A stretch of DNA of 62,826 bases, the filler included, from Perkinsus olseni (lineage: Eukaryota), in assembly GCA_013115125.1 (NCBI GenBank). It is 10 parts of 10 records of this genome, joined end to end, with 100 filler letters (N's around TTAATTAATTAA, not from the genome) between each part and the next. Parts side by side here need not be neighbours in the genome. Positions count along the whole stretch, not along the records: positions 6,375 to 12,638 come from JABANN010001112.1; positions 12,739 to 18,943 come from JABANN010001115.1; positions 19,044 to 25,239 come from JABANN010001116.1; 7 more parts are not named here. One strand, given 5' to 3'. Position numbers and translations under genes: made by a program. Below the pieces are notes generated by a model, which saw only the letters and a list, made by a program, of their open reading frames with translations, did not search any database and was not told where the DNA came from. Below are positions 9,878 to 21,112 of this stretch, piece by piece (position 1 is the first letter of the stretch; every line of letters starts with the position of its first letter).

Positions 9878-11159
9878 AGGGTTTGTCCATTTTGGGAATA
9901 ATGGCACCTTGTTCCCAGAACGGGAAATTTCCCGGAAATTCCCGGGAAAAATAGTGGGAAATTTCCCATTTTTCCCGCATTGGGAAAAAAGGGGAAAAAA
10001 TGTTTTTCCCTCTACCGAGGGAAGCTGCTGGCTTATATTTGATGCATTTGCACAAACTGCTTATCATGAGAACCGTGCAAGTCGGGGCTTCTCAGCGTAT
10101 TGTTCCTCCCCAACTGTGAATCACAGTCTGTGATGCTGCGTTAGTTATCATATCAGTGGTTGAAGGGATGGTTATTAATAGTGATAGGCTATCACTGATA
10201 GCTATGGATGTCTCTTTCAGCTTTTTAAAGCGTCACGTTGTTACTCATGGTGGGTCGCCCATCGAAGGGAGAGTTCAAGCCTGATGGTTTCTTCGATGGG
10301 ATAGTCGGCGACTATTAGTCGCGAATCGTGGCCTGGAAGGGCGTGAACACTCGGTAGGTATCGAAGTTGTGACGACTTACTTGATGGCTACGACTAGGTT
10401 ACAAGACTTGATGGCTCGAATTTTTTTGGCGTGTAGATGACTCCTAGTACCTCGTTTGCCATAATTGGGAACCAACGCTCGTATAACGTGTCGCAGGCCA
10501 GGGGATTCCGAGGATCTAGTCGACCATCCCGCAATGGTGGCATATTCAACCAAACGGCGGTTGAACTAAATCCGGGGCCTGAAGCCTGTATCCAACTTGG
10601 GAGCCGTAAGTGGGGAAGAATACAAACTGAAAATACCGAATTACAATTTGTGATTTACAAGCCTCTCCGCATGGGTCTCAGACAACAATCTTTCAAATTG
10701 AGAGCCCCACAGTAGGGCTCAGTTCAGTTGAGTCAAGTCGCACTTGACTCAACTGAATTGAGTCTCAAGTTGCGACTCCCGACTCGACACTCAAATCTTG
10801 TCTATCGAAACTTTGGACTCCAAAACTACCGGATACTTATATTTGAATAAGGCAACGTGAGAGTAGTGTTCGACCTGATAAGCGCGCAATATGCAGTCTT
10901 TCGATGAAGCGCGCGCCCAGGCTGGGAAAAATCACTCACACGACTAGGGGAACGGTTTTGCGCTTTGCCGCGAGTACATTAGTGCAGGAGCAGTATCTAG
11001 ATGGTTGTACAACTTCGACTTGTAGTTCACGCTGCCTGGGGGCGAATAAACTGACTTTTTTGTATTTTCCCGATGGAAAAACCTGCACTTTTTCCCGGAA
11101 CGGGAAAATGGGAAATTTCCCGGGGGAAAGTTTTCCCATTTCCCCAATGGACAGACCCT
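9878..11159. mobile_element. Non-autonomous TIR DNA transposon (about 1.28 kb) with an apparent TCGA TSD
   Basis: The left end AGGGTTTGTCCATT matches the reverse complement of the right end, AGGGTCTGTCCATT, at 13/14 positions. Both ends carry GGGAAATTTCCC-type subterminal repeats. TCGA flanks it at 9874-9877 and 11160-11163. No transposase ORF is present. Confidence 0.72.
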
Positions 11160-11734
11160 TCGAATCGAAATCAACTCTTTGCAGGCAGGAAATCGCGGCT
11201 GACTTCGCGGCTCGCGTCGAAACTTGAAGAGGCTTCTCTCTCCGGCCCTATGGTCGGGGCGTGCCCACTGTATGAGCGTAATACGCTAAAATAGTCATAA
11301 CTATGCCATAACTAAGCCAGAACGAGCACCAGCTACGCCACGGCCAGTTCTGAACACCCTGTCCGAGTGCCTGGCTTCTCCGATGATACTCTCGAAGCTT
11401 CAACAGTGCTTAGGCATGCTTCCAGCTCCGAACATGGTTTAGCCAAGCCTGGAGAGTGTCCGTGGGAGCATATGGCATACATATGGTATTCACTGGATCC
11501 CTGTTGGAGACTTTGCGCAGTTTGACTATTAAGTGGCGAGCGCGTCATTCTGTGGCGATTCTGAGTACTGATCTGCGTTGATATTGATCTGTGTCATTGT
11601 CTCTGAGTATCTTGTCTGTCTCTATATGTGTTAGCTGCGTAGCCTAGACGCTGTGTAAGTCTGTATAAGACTGAGAAGTAGGCGAAGTTATAAGACTTAT
11701 TGGCAAGCCTTATTCCTGTGGTGTTTGCTGGGTT

Positions 11735-12020
11735 TTGTTTTGCTTCCGGCCAGGTGTGATCATCCGATCACGACCAGGGCTGTAGTCCAGCCGACCACAG
11801 GTCGCATTGACCGTTGTGGTCACCGACTGTTAGCCCGGTTTTTGCCAACCCCGTCGTGAGACAGTATTGCCCGGGCCACCTGCCTTGCGGCGGAGGTAAT
11901 TGGACTGCAGGTCCGCTTGTCGCACCGAGGTGCTCCCACCAAGATTCGAACCTGGGGGGAGTGCGTGATAACCACACATTCTCCCCATTATGCCATTTTG
12001 GTGGTTACATTTATGCCATC
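11735..12020 (-). mobile_element. tRNA-derived SINE (286 bp) with a 12-bp TSD
   Basis: The direct repeat GTTTGCTGGGTT is at 11723-11734 and 12021-12032. On the minus strand, A-box TGGCATAATGG and B-box GGTTCGAATC start about 43 nt apart, as in tRNA. A T-arm CCAGG-TTCGAAT-CTTGG and an A-rich tail GCAAAACAA are present. Confidence 0.75.
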
Positions 12021-14851
12021 GTTTGCTGGGTTATTATCTGTGTATTCCTCTGAGGTATCTATTGTTCTTCGGATACGACTGGGTTTACACTGTGTACATC
12101 ACTCGGTTATCAGTAAGGATCATTGGTTACAAGAACTGGTTATTGTGTTGATTAGTCATGGTTACAGAAAATGGGCGTAACTCTGAGTCATCCACAGATG
12201 GGACTCGAACGGCTGTCAACAATAACTCAGTGCGTGCCTCCGGCTCCCAACATCCCTTCATCGTCGAGAGTGCAGAGCTTGACTCGTCTCGATGTCTGCC
12301 TGGCGCAGACTGCGCCAGGCAATTCGGAAACGGGTGAGGCTGCCCGGCTCACTGAGGCATCAGCATGCTTCATATTTCCCACTCTGGACTCTATAATCTG
12401 GCGCGACCAGTACGGACAGCGGAATGCCCAACTGCACAGCAGTTGTGCTCGCGTTCTTTGACCATATTTGTGCAAGTCTCAAAGGGGACCCGGGATGCGT
12501 TTGAGCTTCGGCCCGTTTTCGATCATTTTATTGAGTCGAGGTCGACGCAATCTTATCATTTGTGCTTTTCAACGTAACTACTCCTTGGTGTGCTAAAGAT
12601 CAGTGTATAATTCATGTTTGATGTGGACGATTATCGTCNNNNNNNNNNNNNNNNNNNNNNNNNNNNNNNNNNNNNNNNNNNNTTAATTAATTAANNNNNN
12701 NNNNNNNNNNNNNNNNNNNNNNNNNNNNNNNNNNNNNNAATGATAAGAGGAGAATGGAGTGACCCAGTACTCAAGGATTAGGTACTGAGTAATGATAAGA
12801 GGAGAATGGAGAGACTCATATCCGAGTGTTACATGTCTGCACGATGTCGCGGGTGTTGGGCTCTTGCTCCCGGCGCCAAGTACGGTTTCGTAAACAATAG
12901 CCAATGTTTCTTGTTTCAAAGGGATAAGTGAAAACAAGTCTATGATAGGGTACTAGACTCATTTTGGGTTACATGATAAGACGCAACACCGGAAAGTGAC
13001 GAAACGAGAGGCGGAGAGTAGTTGACTTGTTCGGAGAGATAATGCCAGGAACAGACAATCAAAAAAAGCTTTCTCGAGAGAGTCCTCTTCTCACCAACCC
13101 CAGTAGTACGGACGATGTGTGAGAATCTTCTTTTCTCCACGTGTTAACTGAGAGAACTGGTTCCCCATGATTGCTTCCCTGGCCGCAGCTCTCCTCTCTC
13201 CCGTGGTTAAGGACCGTTTGTGAGTCTCTGATCAGAAGAATAGAGTTCCAATATTCTTCCACTCGGGTTCCTACTAGTCGAGTAACTTTGGTGTGACAGC
13301 GTAATGGAATATTCCTGGTGTTCCATCTCCGCACGCGTGCGCTTCACTCCTCGGCTCCTCTCAACCCCATTCGCCGGTAGGGCGTCATCCGAATCAGAAT
13401 CGGAGGAATCATCCGGAAAATCCTGAAAAAGATGTTTTAACAGACGAATGCACTCGGAAAAAACCAGTGCTGATCTGACATACCTCTGTAAGTCGGAAGG
13501 TAATGACCCTCTCTGATTGTTTTGGAAAGGTTTCTTCGACGGTTGCGATGGTGGGACTCCGACGGAGTCACTCCGTTGGTCATCGGCAATTGCCCTGGCT
13601 AAATTGAAAGGGGGGATATGCATCAGTTCAGGTCTGTCAAACTCTAACGGTGATATCGTTTGGTCCCTGTTACTGCCGCCAGTGGTCTGTCACAAATTAC
13701 GTATGAAGTACGCACCCCGGAATCGAACGAGCACTACCTCATCATCCGTGTCTTCCTCGGCCTCCTCAAGGTTCTCATGATAAGAAGATTCCGCAATCGG
13801 CATGATAAAAAAGGGATAACTATAATTTCCATTGACCACGAACTGTGTAGTATTGTACAGAATATTACGCAGAGTACCAGTACTGCGTTGTATTTTACAG
13901 TGTGGTGGGCTGAGAAATAAACAATTGACCCCAATCCTGCTCAGCGAACATACCAGCATCCTGGGGTTCCATCTCTGAACGCTGGACCGATAGTCTTGAT
14001 CTTTTTCATTCCCCGACAAAGTTGCGTCCTAGCTGTGACAGGGCGCTTGTCGCAGATTAAATAATTGGAGCTTAAATGATTCGGCATTTGGAACACAACC
14101 AACACGTGATAAGTTGAAACGGCTTGTGAACGATAGGTGAATGAGCTTCCTTACAGAGAAATGGTGAACCAACAATGTGGGTGAGAGATGTACAAGAGGG
14201 GGCAAACTGAGTTAGGTCGCATCATTATAGGTGGCGGGTTCGCACTATCTCAGAACTTCTGGGTAGTGAGTAAGAAACGCGAGGAGCGGCAAATCGTATC
14301 GATCAACAGGGGACGCACTTTCGAACGGCACAAACGGACGAGCACTACAATAGTTCGGTTTCAAACTTGATAATCGCTTTAACGCTTGCGGTTGGATGGG
14401 CACGGTCCCACCGGGAATGACCAGACCCGTACCATCAGTTGCCTTGTCGATCCCATTGCATTCATTGTGACTCAAAGATGCACCATCGTCTACCTCCCCC
14501 CTCGGCTCGCTTTCGCCTTTCAGTCTCATTGTGTAAACATTCTCTTCTGTGTATCCGAGCTGTCTCAATAACTTGGTGTGCCTAAAAGAGGTAGCATCTT
14601 CCAGAATATGGCGAGAAGTCACACAGATGTCCTATCTCATGCTAGGGGAGATCAAGCACCTCCTTATTGTTATAGAGTCGATAATATCTCTCTTATTGCT
14701 GTGCATTGATTATTGTGGCGCGCGCATTATTCTTTGCATTAGCTATACACGGATAGTAAGACTCTTTTCCTTACCACATTTTCAGTGGTAGTGTTCATTC
14801 CAGTGGGCACAACATCCTGGTACTGGAACCGAGAAAGCCCTCTTCAACGTT

Positions 14852-15721
14852 ATGGCTGCTAATGTGAATGAAGATCACAGCCACAAGGGCACCTTGCCAG
14901 CTTGCCCCCGATTCTCTGGGGAGAAGATTTCCCCTGAGGAGCCGTCCTCGAGTGTTGAACTCTTCCTTAAAAGACTTAATACATATCTGCAGGTGAGGGG
15001 CCTGCGGCGACCTCCTGTTGATGCACCCCTCGAAGATCGTCAGCAGTATAGTACGAAAGCGGCTGGTGTTCTCAAGATTGCCCTTGATGGTCGTGCGTCC
15101 CAGCTCGTGTATTCGTTGTCTGATGATCGGCAAGACAACTACGATGATCTTGTTGCTGCTTTGCGGTCAGCTTTCGGCTTGGGTAAGCTCAATGCCTGGC
15201 GAGCATTCTGTAGGCGTGAGATGAAGATTGATGAGGTTCCAGATTCGTTCTTGGCGGACCTCAGGACTCTTCTCGACATCAGCCTACCCAACATGCAAGC
15301 CGGGGCGAAGGAGACCATCCTCAGGGCCCAGTTTATTGCAGGGCTTCCGAGCAATACAGCAGCTCGTACTCTCGCCATTGCCAAGTCCGAGGATCTGCAT
15401 GTGACCTTGATTGATCTCCTTGAGTTGGTGAAGGATCACCTGAGAGCATCACGGGTAGATCCCTCTACACCTGAAGTTCTCGGTGCTGCTGGGGTTCCTT
15501 GGTTCACCGGTAAGAGTAACAAGGGCCGTAAGGGAGCAGGTCGTGCTGGGAAAGGCAAGGGCAAGGCTAGGTCAAGTCCAGGTGTGAGCACGTCTCCGAG
15601 CACGCGGGTCTGTTGGCACTGCCATGAACCTGGCCACTTCAAGTCTCAGTGCCCGCAGTTGAATCGATCGTCTACCTCGAGATCGGCGTCAAACCCTCCT
15701 GGGGGTCACACCCAACTGTAA
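14852..15721 (+). CDS. Gag with a CCHC zinc knuckle
   Basis: Retrotransposon gag pattern (LRAQFIAGLP) and knuckle CWHCHEPGHFKSQC. Confidence 0.88.
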   Translation: MAANVNEDHSHKGTLPACPRFSGEKISPEEPSSSVELFLKRLNTYLQVRGLRRPPVDAPLEDRQQYSTKAAGVLKIALDGRASQLVYSLSDDRQDNYDDLVAALRSAFGLGKLNAWRAFCRREMKIDEVPDSFLADLRTLLDISLPNMQAGAKETILRAQFIAGLPSNTAARTLAIAKSEDLHVTLIDLLELVKDHLRASRVDPSTPEVLGAAGVPWFTGKSNKGRKGAGRAGKGKGKARSSPGVSTSPSTRVCWHCHEPGHFKSQCPQLNRSSTSRSASNPPGGHTQL

Positions 15722-16203
15722 GGAGTGTGAAGAGTCCCCCTTACCGATTAGCTGCTGCGGCTGGTTCTGTTCACCCTAGTCTTGACTGCTCTGCACTCCC
15801 ACAGCGAGACTTCACTGTCATCACTGCGAATGAGGAGAAATGTTCTCTGAATGCTCTGTGTGACCCGTGCTGTGCTCGTACATTAGTATCTGCTTCGACC
15901 TTCAACTCCCTCAGCCTTCCCCTTCGCAATGATGTTTCGTCTTCTCTCATTACTCTCAGCGACCAAGTTTTGTCAAGTGTTGGTTCAGGTGACATCACTT
16001 TGACGGTAGATGGCAACAGCTGTACGGTGAATGCCCTTGTAGTGCCGCATTTACCAGGAAATCTACCTCTATTGGTCGGTGCTGATTTCTGGTCATCTTT
16101 CCCCAATCATTCGTTGAATCTCCACTACGCCGTCTGGTCATGTCGACACCAAGTTCATAGCTGCGGCTGCTGTGCCGAGCTCCTCAACAGTCAACAGATA
16201 TGA
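15649..16203 (+). CDS. Aspartic protease, -1 frame relative to gag
   Basis: ALCDPCCARTLV (DTG-equivalent motif) and the C-terminal LLVGADF motif; overlaps the gag 3' end. Confidence 0.75.
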   Translation: MPAVESIVYLEIGVKPSWGSHPTVRSVKSPPYRLAAAAGSVHPSLDCSALPQRDFTVITANEEKCSLNALCDPCCARTLVSASTFNSLSLPLRNDVSSSLITLSDQVLSSVGSGDITLTVDGNSCTVNALVVPHLPGNLPLLVGADFWSSFPNHSLNLHYAVWSCRHQVHSCGCCAELLNSQQI

Positions 16204-18943
16204 GCTGGAATCTTGTTCTGTCGCCGAGTACTCTGATAGGTCGGTGGTACTGGATGCTCCGGACTGCGTTTGTAGGAGACTGACTCAGTCCGATGGCTCG
16301 TACAGATGGCAAGTCGGTTGGAAATGGTTGAACGGTGAGGCCCCTGACTACATCTGCTGCCCTGAGCAGTATTCCATTAATCATCTCTCGAACCCTCAAC
16401 GTCAAGCTCTTTATTCTGAGCTGGACAGCTGGATCGAGCGAGGTTGGCTCGTTCCAGTGAGGAGTGAAGAATTGTGTAAGATTCGCTGTGTTCTACCGCT
16501 AGTACCGGTAGTCCAAAGTCATAAATCCACGGCCGTACGGCCTACTATCGATTATACCTATGTTAATCGTTTTTGCATCATGGCCAGTGACCCTTTTGCG
16601 GGTAACTGCCAGCGAGAGATTCGTCGTTGGAGGCGTGTTGCTGATGGCAATGTTCTTGATATCTCTCGTGCATACCCGAGTTTGCTCTTGGATCCGGAGC
16701 AATCTTGGTATCAAGTTATTCGTCTTGACCATCGCGGTGATGGTCCCTACTTTCGGCTATGCCGTTTAGGCTTTGGAGCATCGTCAGCTCCAAGGATTCT
16801 GAAATCGGTGCTAGATTTCTGTTTGAAGGATGAACCGACTAAAAACCTTCGATATTTTGATGATATTCTGATTCCTAAGGAGTGTGATAACCGAACTAAC
16901 GACCCGCTGCATGATGGTGTCAATCGTGTGCGAAGCATTCTGTTACGGAATTCTTTGATTACTAAAGATCCGTGTCCCATCGAAGGTAGCCGCTTATTAG
17001 GCTTGGTAGTCTATAGAGATGATGATAAACGTCTCTGTTGGAAACGTCGGTTGTCCTTAGATGAGCTGCTGCACATTGAGGCCAAGCCCAATGGTGGCGA
17101 GGCTGTCAATTGCAAGGCATTCTCTTCGTGGGTCGGTACTCTCTCTTCTCATGTACCCGTATGCGGCTGGTTAAGGGTAGCTTCAGCCATCGGTCGACGA
17201 CTCATAGGTCGAGAATGTGATTCCACGAAGGCATCGTGGTTCCGAGATATTCCTGATGGTGTCCGTAGTTATGGTCGTCTTCTGTGCAAGCTTCTTCGTG
17301 CCCGAGGCGATCCGGCCACTGGTCTTTGGCTGTTACCAGCGCCACATAACTCCACCAAGTCTGGCGATCTTACACCAGTAAAGGTCTGGTTCGATGCTAG
17401 TACTTTGGCCATAGGAGTGGTTCTCACAACTTCCGATAATCAAGTCCTTTATGATTATTGTGCGTTGACGCCAGAATCTGCCATCGATCCTGGTAGCCGA
17501 CCATCTGCTCACGCTAACATTCGTGAGCTCGATGCTCTTCTAAAGGCAGTAGAGATAGCCACTGAGTATGAGTACACCAACGTTCAGCTCATAACCGACT
17601 CGAAGTCTGTATATGCTTGGGTCTCCAAATTGCTGTCCCACAAGAAGATATCGGTGCATGGCCTCCATAAACCACTGATAGTTCGAAGACTCGAGCTGTT
17701 GAGAAGGCTTGTCTCTGAGTTTCAGTTGCGGCTGACAATAAGCTGGGTAAGGTCCGATGAGAACCTCGCGGATAGTTTAACCAGATTACCTCAAGGCCTT
17801 CCACAATGCTATTCTACCACCGGTGCACTGGCTCTGGCTGGACTCCAGAGTTGCTCTCCTGGAGAACGCTCAGACTCTGACTCATCGTGGTGGCCATCCT
17901 TCAAAGACTTACAGGCTGCAATTGATGAAGGCATCCCTGAAAATGACCTCTCATCGTTGACTTGTGATTCGGATTCAGGGCTATACTACTATCGTAATCG
18001 CCTTTATGTTCCCCCAAGTCTACGTTCTCAGATCATCATTGGCGCGCATGAAGAAACTGTCCATGGTGGTATTCTAGCCGTGGTAGGTCTACTTGGGCGA
18101 TATTATTCCTGGCCCGCCATCCGGTCTGATGTTGAACGTGAACTTCGTCGGTGTTCCAATGAGGAATGTGAGAAAAACAAGGCCAAACTGTTGCCTTTGG
18201 TGACGTCCGATCCTCGCCGACTCTCATCAGGTCCGTGGGTTACTTGTGCTTCTGATGTTACCCATATTGATGGACGGCCGGTGCTGACCTTAATCTGTGA
18301 GTATTCCCGGTATGCGTTGGTATCTCTCTTGCTCAATGAGCAAGCTGTTTCCGTATGGTCAGCGTTCGTTCGCATGTGTAAGAGCTCTCTCATCGGCTAC
18401 CCGGTATTCCTACGAGCTGATCGTGGAGTATGGAGTGCTTCACGCGAGAGACTCAATACGGTGGGTACTACACTGGTATTGACAAGTAGCTATAGACCAA
18501 CAAGCAACGGTATCTGTGAGCGTTTCAATGCTACCTTGAAGACCAAATGCTCAGTTCTACGAGATTCTTCGCTAGCTGTGCGATTATCAAGAGCCTGTTC
18601 GGCTTACAACTTAGCTCCCCATAGTGCTCTGAACGGTGCTTCGCCTGCTGAAGTTCTATCTGGTAGAGAAATCCGTCGTGGCCTCGAACAAGCGCTTCCG
18701 GTCCCACCTCCTACAGTAGCCGAAGAATCTATTAAGTTCGACATCGGTGACCAAGTGTGGTTGGCAAAGCCTAAGGAGCAACGGCGTACTGGTGCCAGAT
18801 TCTTTGATTCACGATATGTTGTTGAAGAAGTTTCCCCATATGCTTATCGTGTACGCCCTATTGAGACCCGTCAGTCGTTCCGACGAGGGGTGTTTCTCAG
18901 ACGAAATTCAGAAGAAGTGGTATGCAGGAGTACTGCTCGATAC
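16118..18943 (+). CDS. RT - RNase H - integrase (partial)
   Basis: RT motifs AVRPTIDY, LDISRAY, RLGFGASSAP and YFDD. RNase H motifs WFDAS, NIRELDA, ITDSKSV and NLADSLTR. Integrase HEETVH...C-x4-C, ASDVT, RADRG and NGICERFN. Confidence 0.9.
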
Positions 18944-19082
18944 NNNNNNNNNNNNNNNNNNNNNNNNNNNNNNNNNNNNNNNNNNNNTTAATTAATTAAN
19001 NNNNNNNNNNNNNNNNNNNNNNNNNNNNNNNNNNNNNNNNNNNACGGCAACGGCAACCCTATCCGCCAATTTGCTGATGTCT

Positions 19083-19083
19083 C

Positions 19084-19118
<35 letters not shown>

Positions 19119-19119
19119 C
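19083..19119. repeat. (CAA)n microsatellite
   Basis: About 12 perfect CAA units. Confidence 0.95.
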
Positions 19120-19670
19120 TCGCTAATGTGATGATATCATCCTCGACGCATAATAATTGAGTTGAAAGTATTAAATCGGCATGGAAGTCTTACACGGTAT
19201 GTCTGCCAGACATTGTCTGGTCAAGCGGGGAAGGACGTGACTCACGGCACTTCTTGTTGCTCTCACGCGACGTGAGAGCAACAAGAAGTTGAGGGCGGTT
19301 GAGGTCTCTACGTAGTTCGAGTATCACCTGAATCTACAACTCAATTATACATCATCCTCCCACGAATGGACCATTCGGAATGGTGGAATCAGAATAACAT
19401 ACAATTTCAAACGAGCGCTTTTGCTGGTGGTCGTTTCACCTCGTTCGGCTAGCTTCAAAGAAAGACAGGGGCAACACAAAGCGATTGACACTGAACTCTA
19501 CAGGAATCCCCGAACGGCGTGATAATCGGCTAATACACCTAGTACAAAGGCGACATGCCTCAGTAAGAGGAGGGTCTTTTTGACCACTGCCGTCGGCTAT
19601 CTGAGCGAATCAGCCGCACAGAGCGCGGGAAGGCATACATCAATGATACGTGACGATTGAATAATAAGTC

Positions 19671-21112
19671 TTAGATAACAGCAGCTTCCTCGGCACCCTT
19701 CATTCCACTCTGTTTGCGTTCATAGTCAGCCAGAGCCGCTTGAACCGCCTAAAGTTGAGCAGTGAGCAGCTACCGGGAAGTCAGAGTAGAAAGAACTAAT
19801 AGCAACGCGATCAAAGCAGCCACCAGCAAGCGCAGGCACTCTGAAACGTGAACGTCGCTAGCGTCATTTGGGGTGTGTTCACAGACCAGAGAAAAGGTCT
19901 GCCTGTAGATCTGACTACATAAGACTAGAATTGTACTCGACAATTGTCGTACAGGTCGCTTGATTAACCTGTGTTCATAGCGGGGTGCTTTCGTAGTCAC
20001 ACTGGGTAAAATACGGCTCCACGATCAGCCCTGGCACTTCGTCGTCGCCCCCGATGATAGGAGACTCTCTAGCGGAGTTAGGCCTGCTGAACTCACCTCC
20101 TCAACGAGAAGAGAGCAGTGAATCTTCACTGGAGGCAACTTGAGATAGCCCGAAATGTCCGTGTTCTTCAACTCCGAGGCCTCCTTCTGGGTCTTCCCTG
20201 GAAAGATAAAAAGTCATCTGCTGGGCTGTTCAAGACACGAGCCTTCGAATGAGACAAAAAAACCAACAAAGCATGAAATGAGCGTTCCAAGAACGTGAAA
20301 AAATCTTCAGTTCTCGCAAGAGACTGTTTGACGCGATGAAAAGAACTACCTTTGATCATCTCCGTGGCGAGACTGCTACTGGCGATGGCCGATCCGCAGC
20401 CGAATGTCTTGAGCTTAGCATCACGCACGACGCCATCTTCAATTTTGACTTGCAGTTGGACAACATCGCCACAAGAAGCTTTACCTGCGTACAGAAGACG
20501 ATAAGCGGGGCTGTTAACTTCAAGAATCCTTAGATGAAACGGGATACGAAAAACTCTGGCTAATATTCAAAACGAAATAGTGACTCAAAAGATGTAAAGC
20601 GGGACCGTTGAGCTTGAGAAGTCAGGAAGGAAATGAGATAAGACTGAGCGTGAACAACGTAAATTCAGAAAAAAAACTGTCAAATCCGTAGTCGGCGAAG
20701 CTAATTCAGCATAATAGTGATTCGGAAGATGTAAATCGGAACCGTTAGGTCTCATCGTTTATCCCACCGAGACGAGATGAGACAGAGCGTGAACGATGAA
20801 TACGCGGAGAGAAGCCCTAACAAATCCGTAAACAACACAGTGGTGTTTCAACACATGTAGAACGATACTGTGGATTCAACAGGACTGGTGTTCTCACCAA
20901 CAACAGCAGTGCCAACGTTGGGGTCCTTCTTGTCGAGCTTGCCAGCATTCCTAGGGTTCTTGAAGTGGTCCAGCACGTTGTCATGATAGAACCTGCATCG
21001 ATGACTATAAAGCCCTCATCAGGTTTGCGAGGACTTACCTCCTCTGGGCTGCACATGAATACGCAGGAGTAATGCGAACAACGGCACCGGTAGAAAGGAA
21101 GGGTCGCAACAT
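19671..21112 (-). CDS. ISCU: Mitochondrial Fe-S cluster scaffold IscU/ISU; exons 21112-21039, 20992-20898, 20484-20350, 20197-20097, 19748-19671
   Basis: The spliced product reads [45 protein letters not shown]...[10 protein letters not shown]...[13 protein letters not shown]...[26 protein letters not shown]. It has three conserved Cys, the LPPVK motif, in-phase GT-AG introns and an Arg-rich presequence. Confidence 0.93.

Larger units (their letters stand above)
14668..18943 (+). mobile_element. LTR retrotransposon, 3'-truncated by the scaffold end
   Basis: A candidate 5' LTR TGTT...AACA (14668-14814; the left edge is unconfirmed without the 3' LTR) is followed by a PBS-like TGGTACTGGAACCG at 14818, then gag, pro and pol ORFs. 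Confidence 0.88.

Noticed and set aside
11760-11930. HDV-like ribozyme, U1 snRNA or RNase P identity for the SINE body
   Set aside because: Partial motifs are present (ACCTCC, GGCTAA, GATCACGA), but I could not build the P1/P2 pseudoknot or find the U1 5' end, Sm site or RNase P conserved regions. It is left as an unclassified structured RNA.
11931-12002. Functional tRNA gene
   Set aside because: The T-arm and boxes are present, but there is no canonical acceptor stem or anticodon arm.
12739-14640. Fragmentary minus-strand ORFs (also 23440-24570 and 56700-59450)
   Set aside because: They may be decayed genes or retroelements, but I could not recognise a supportable motif.
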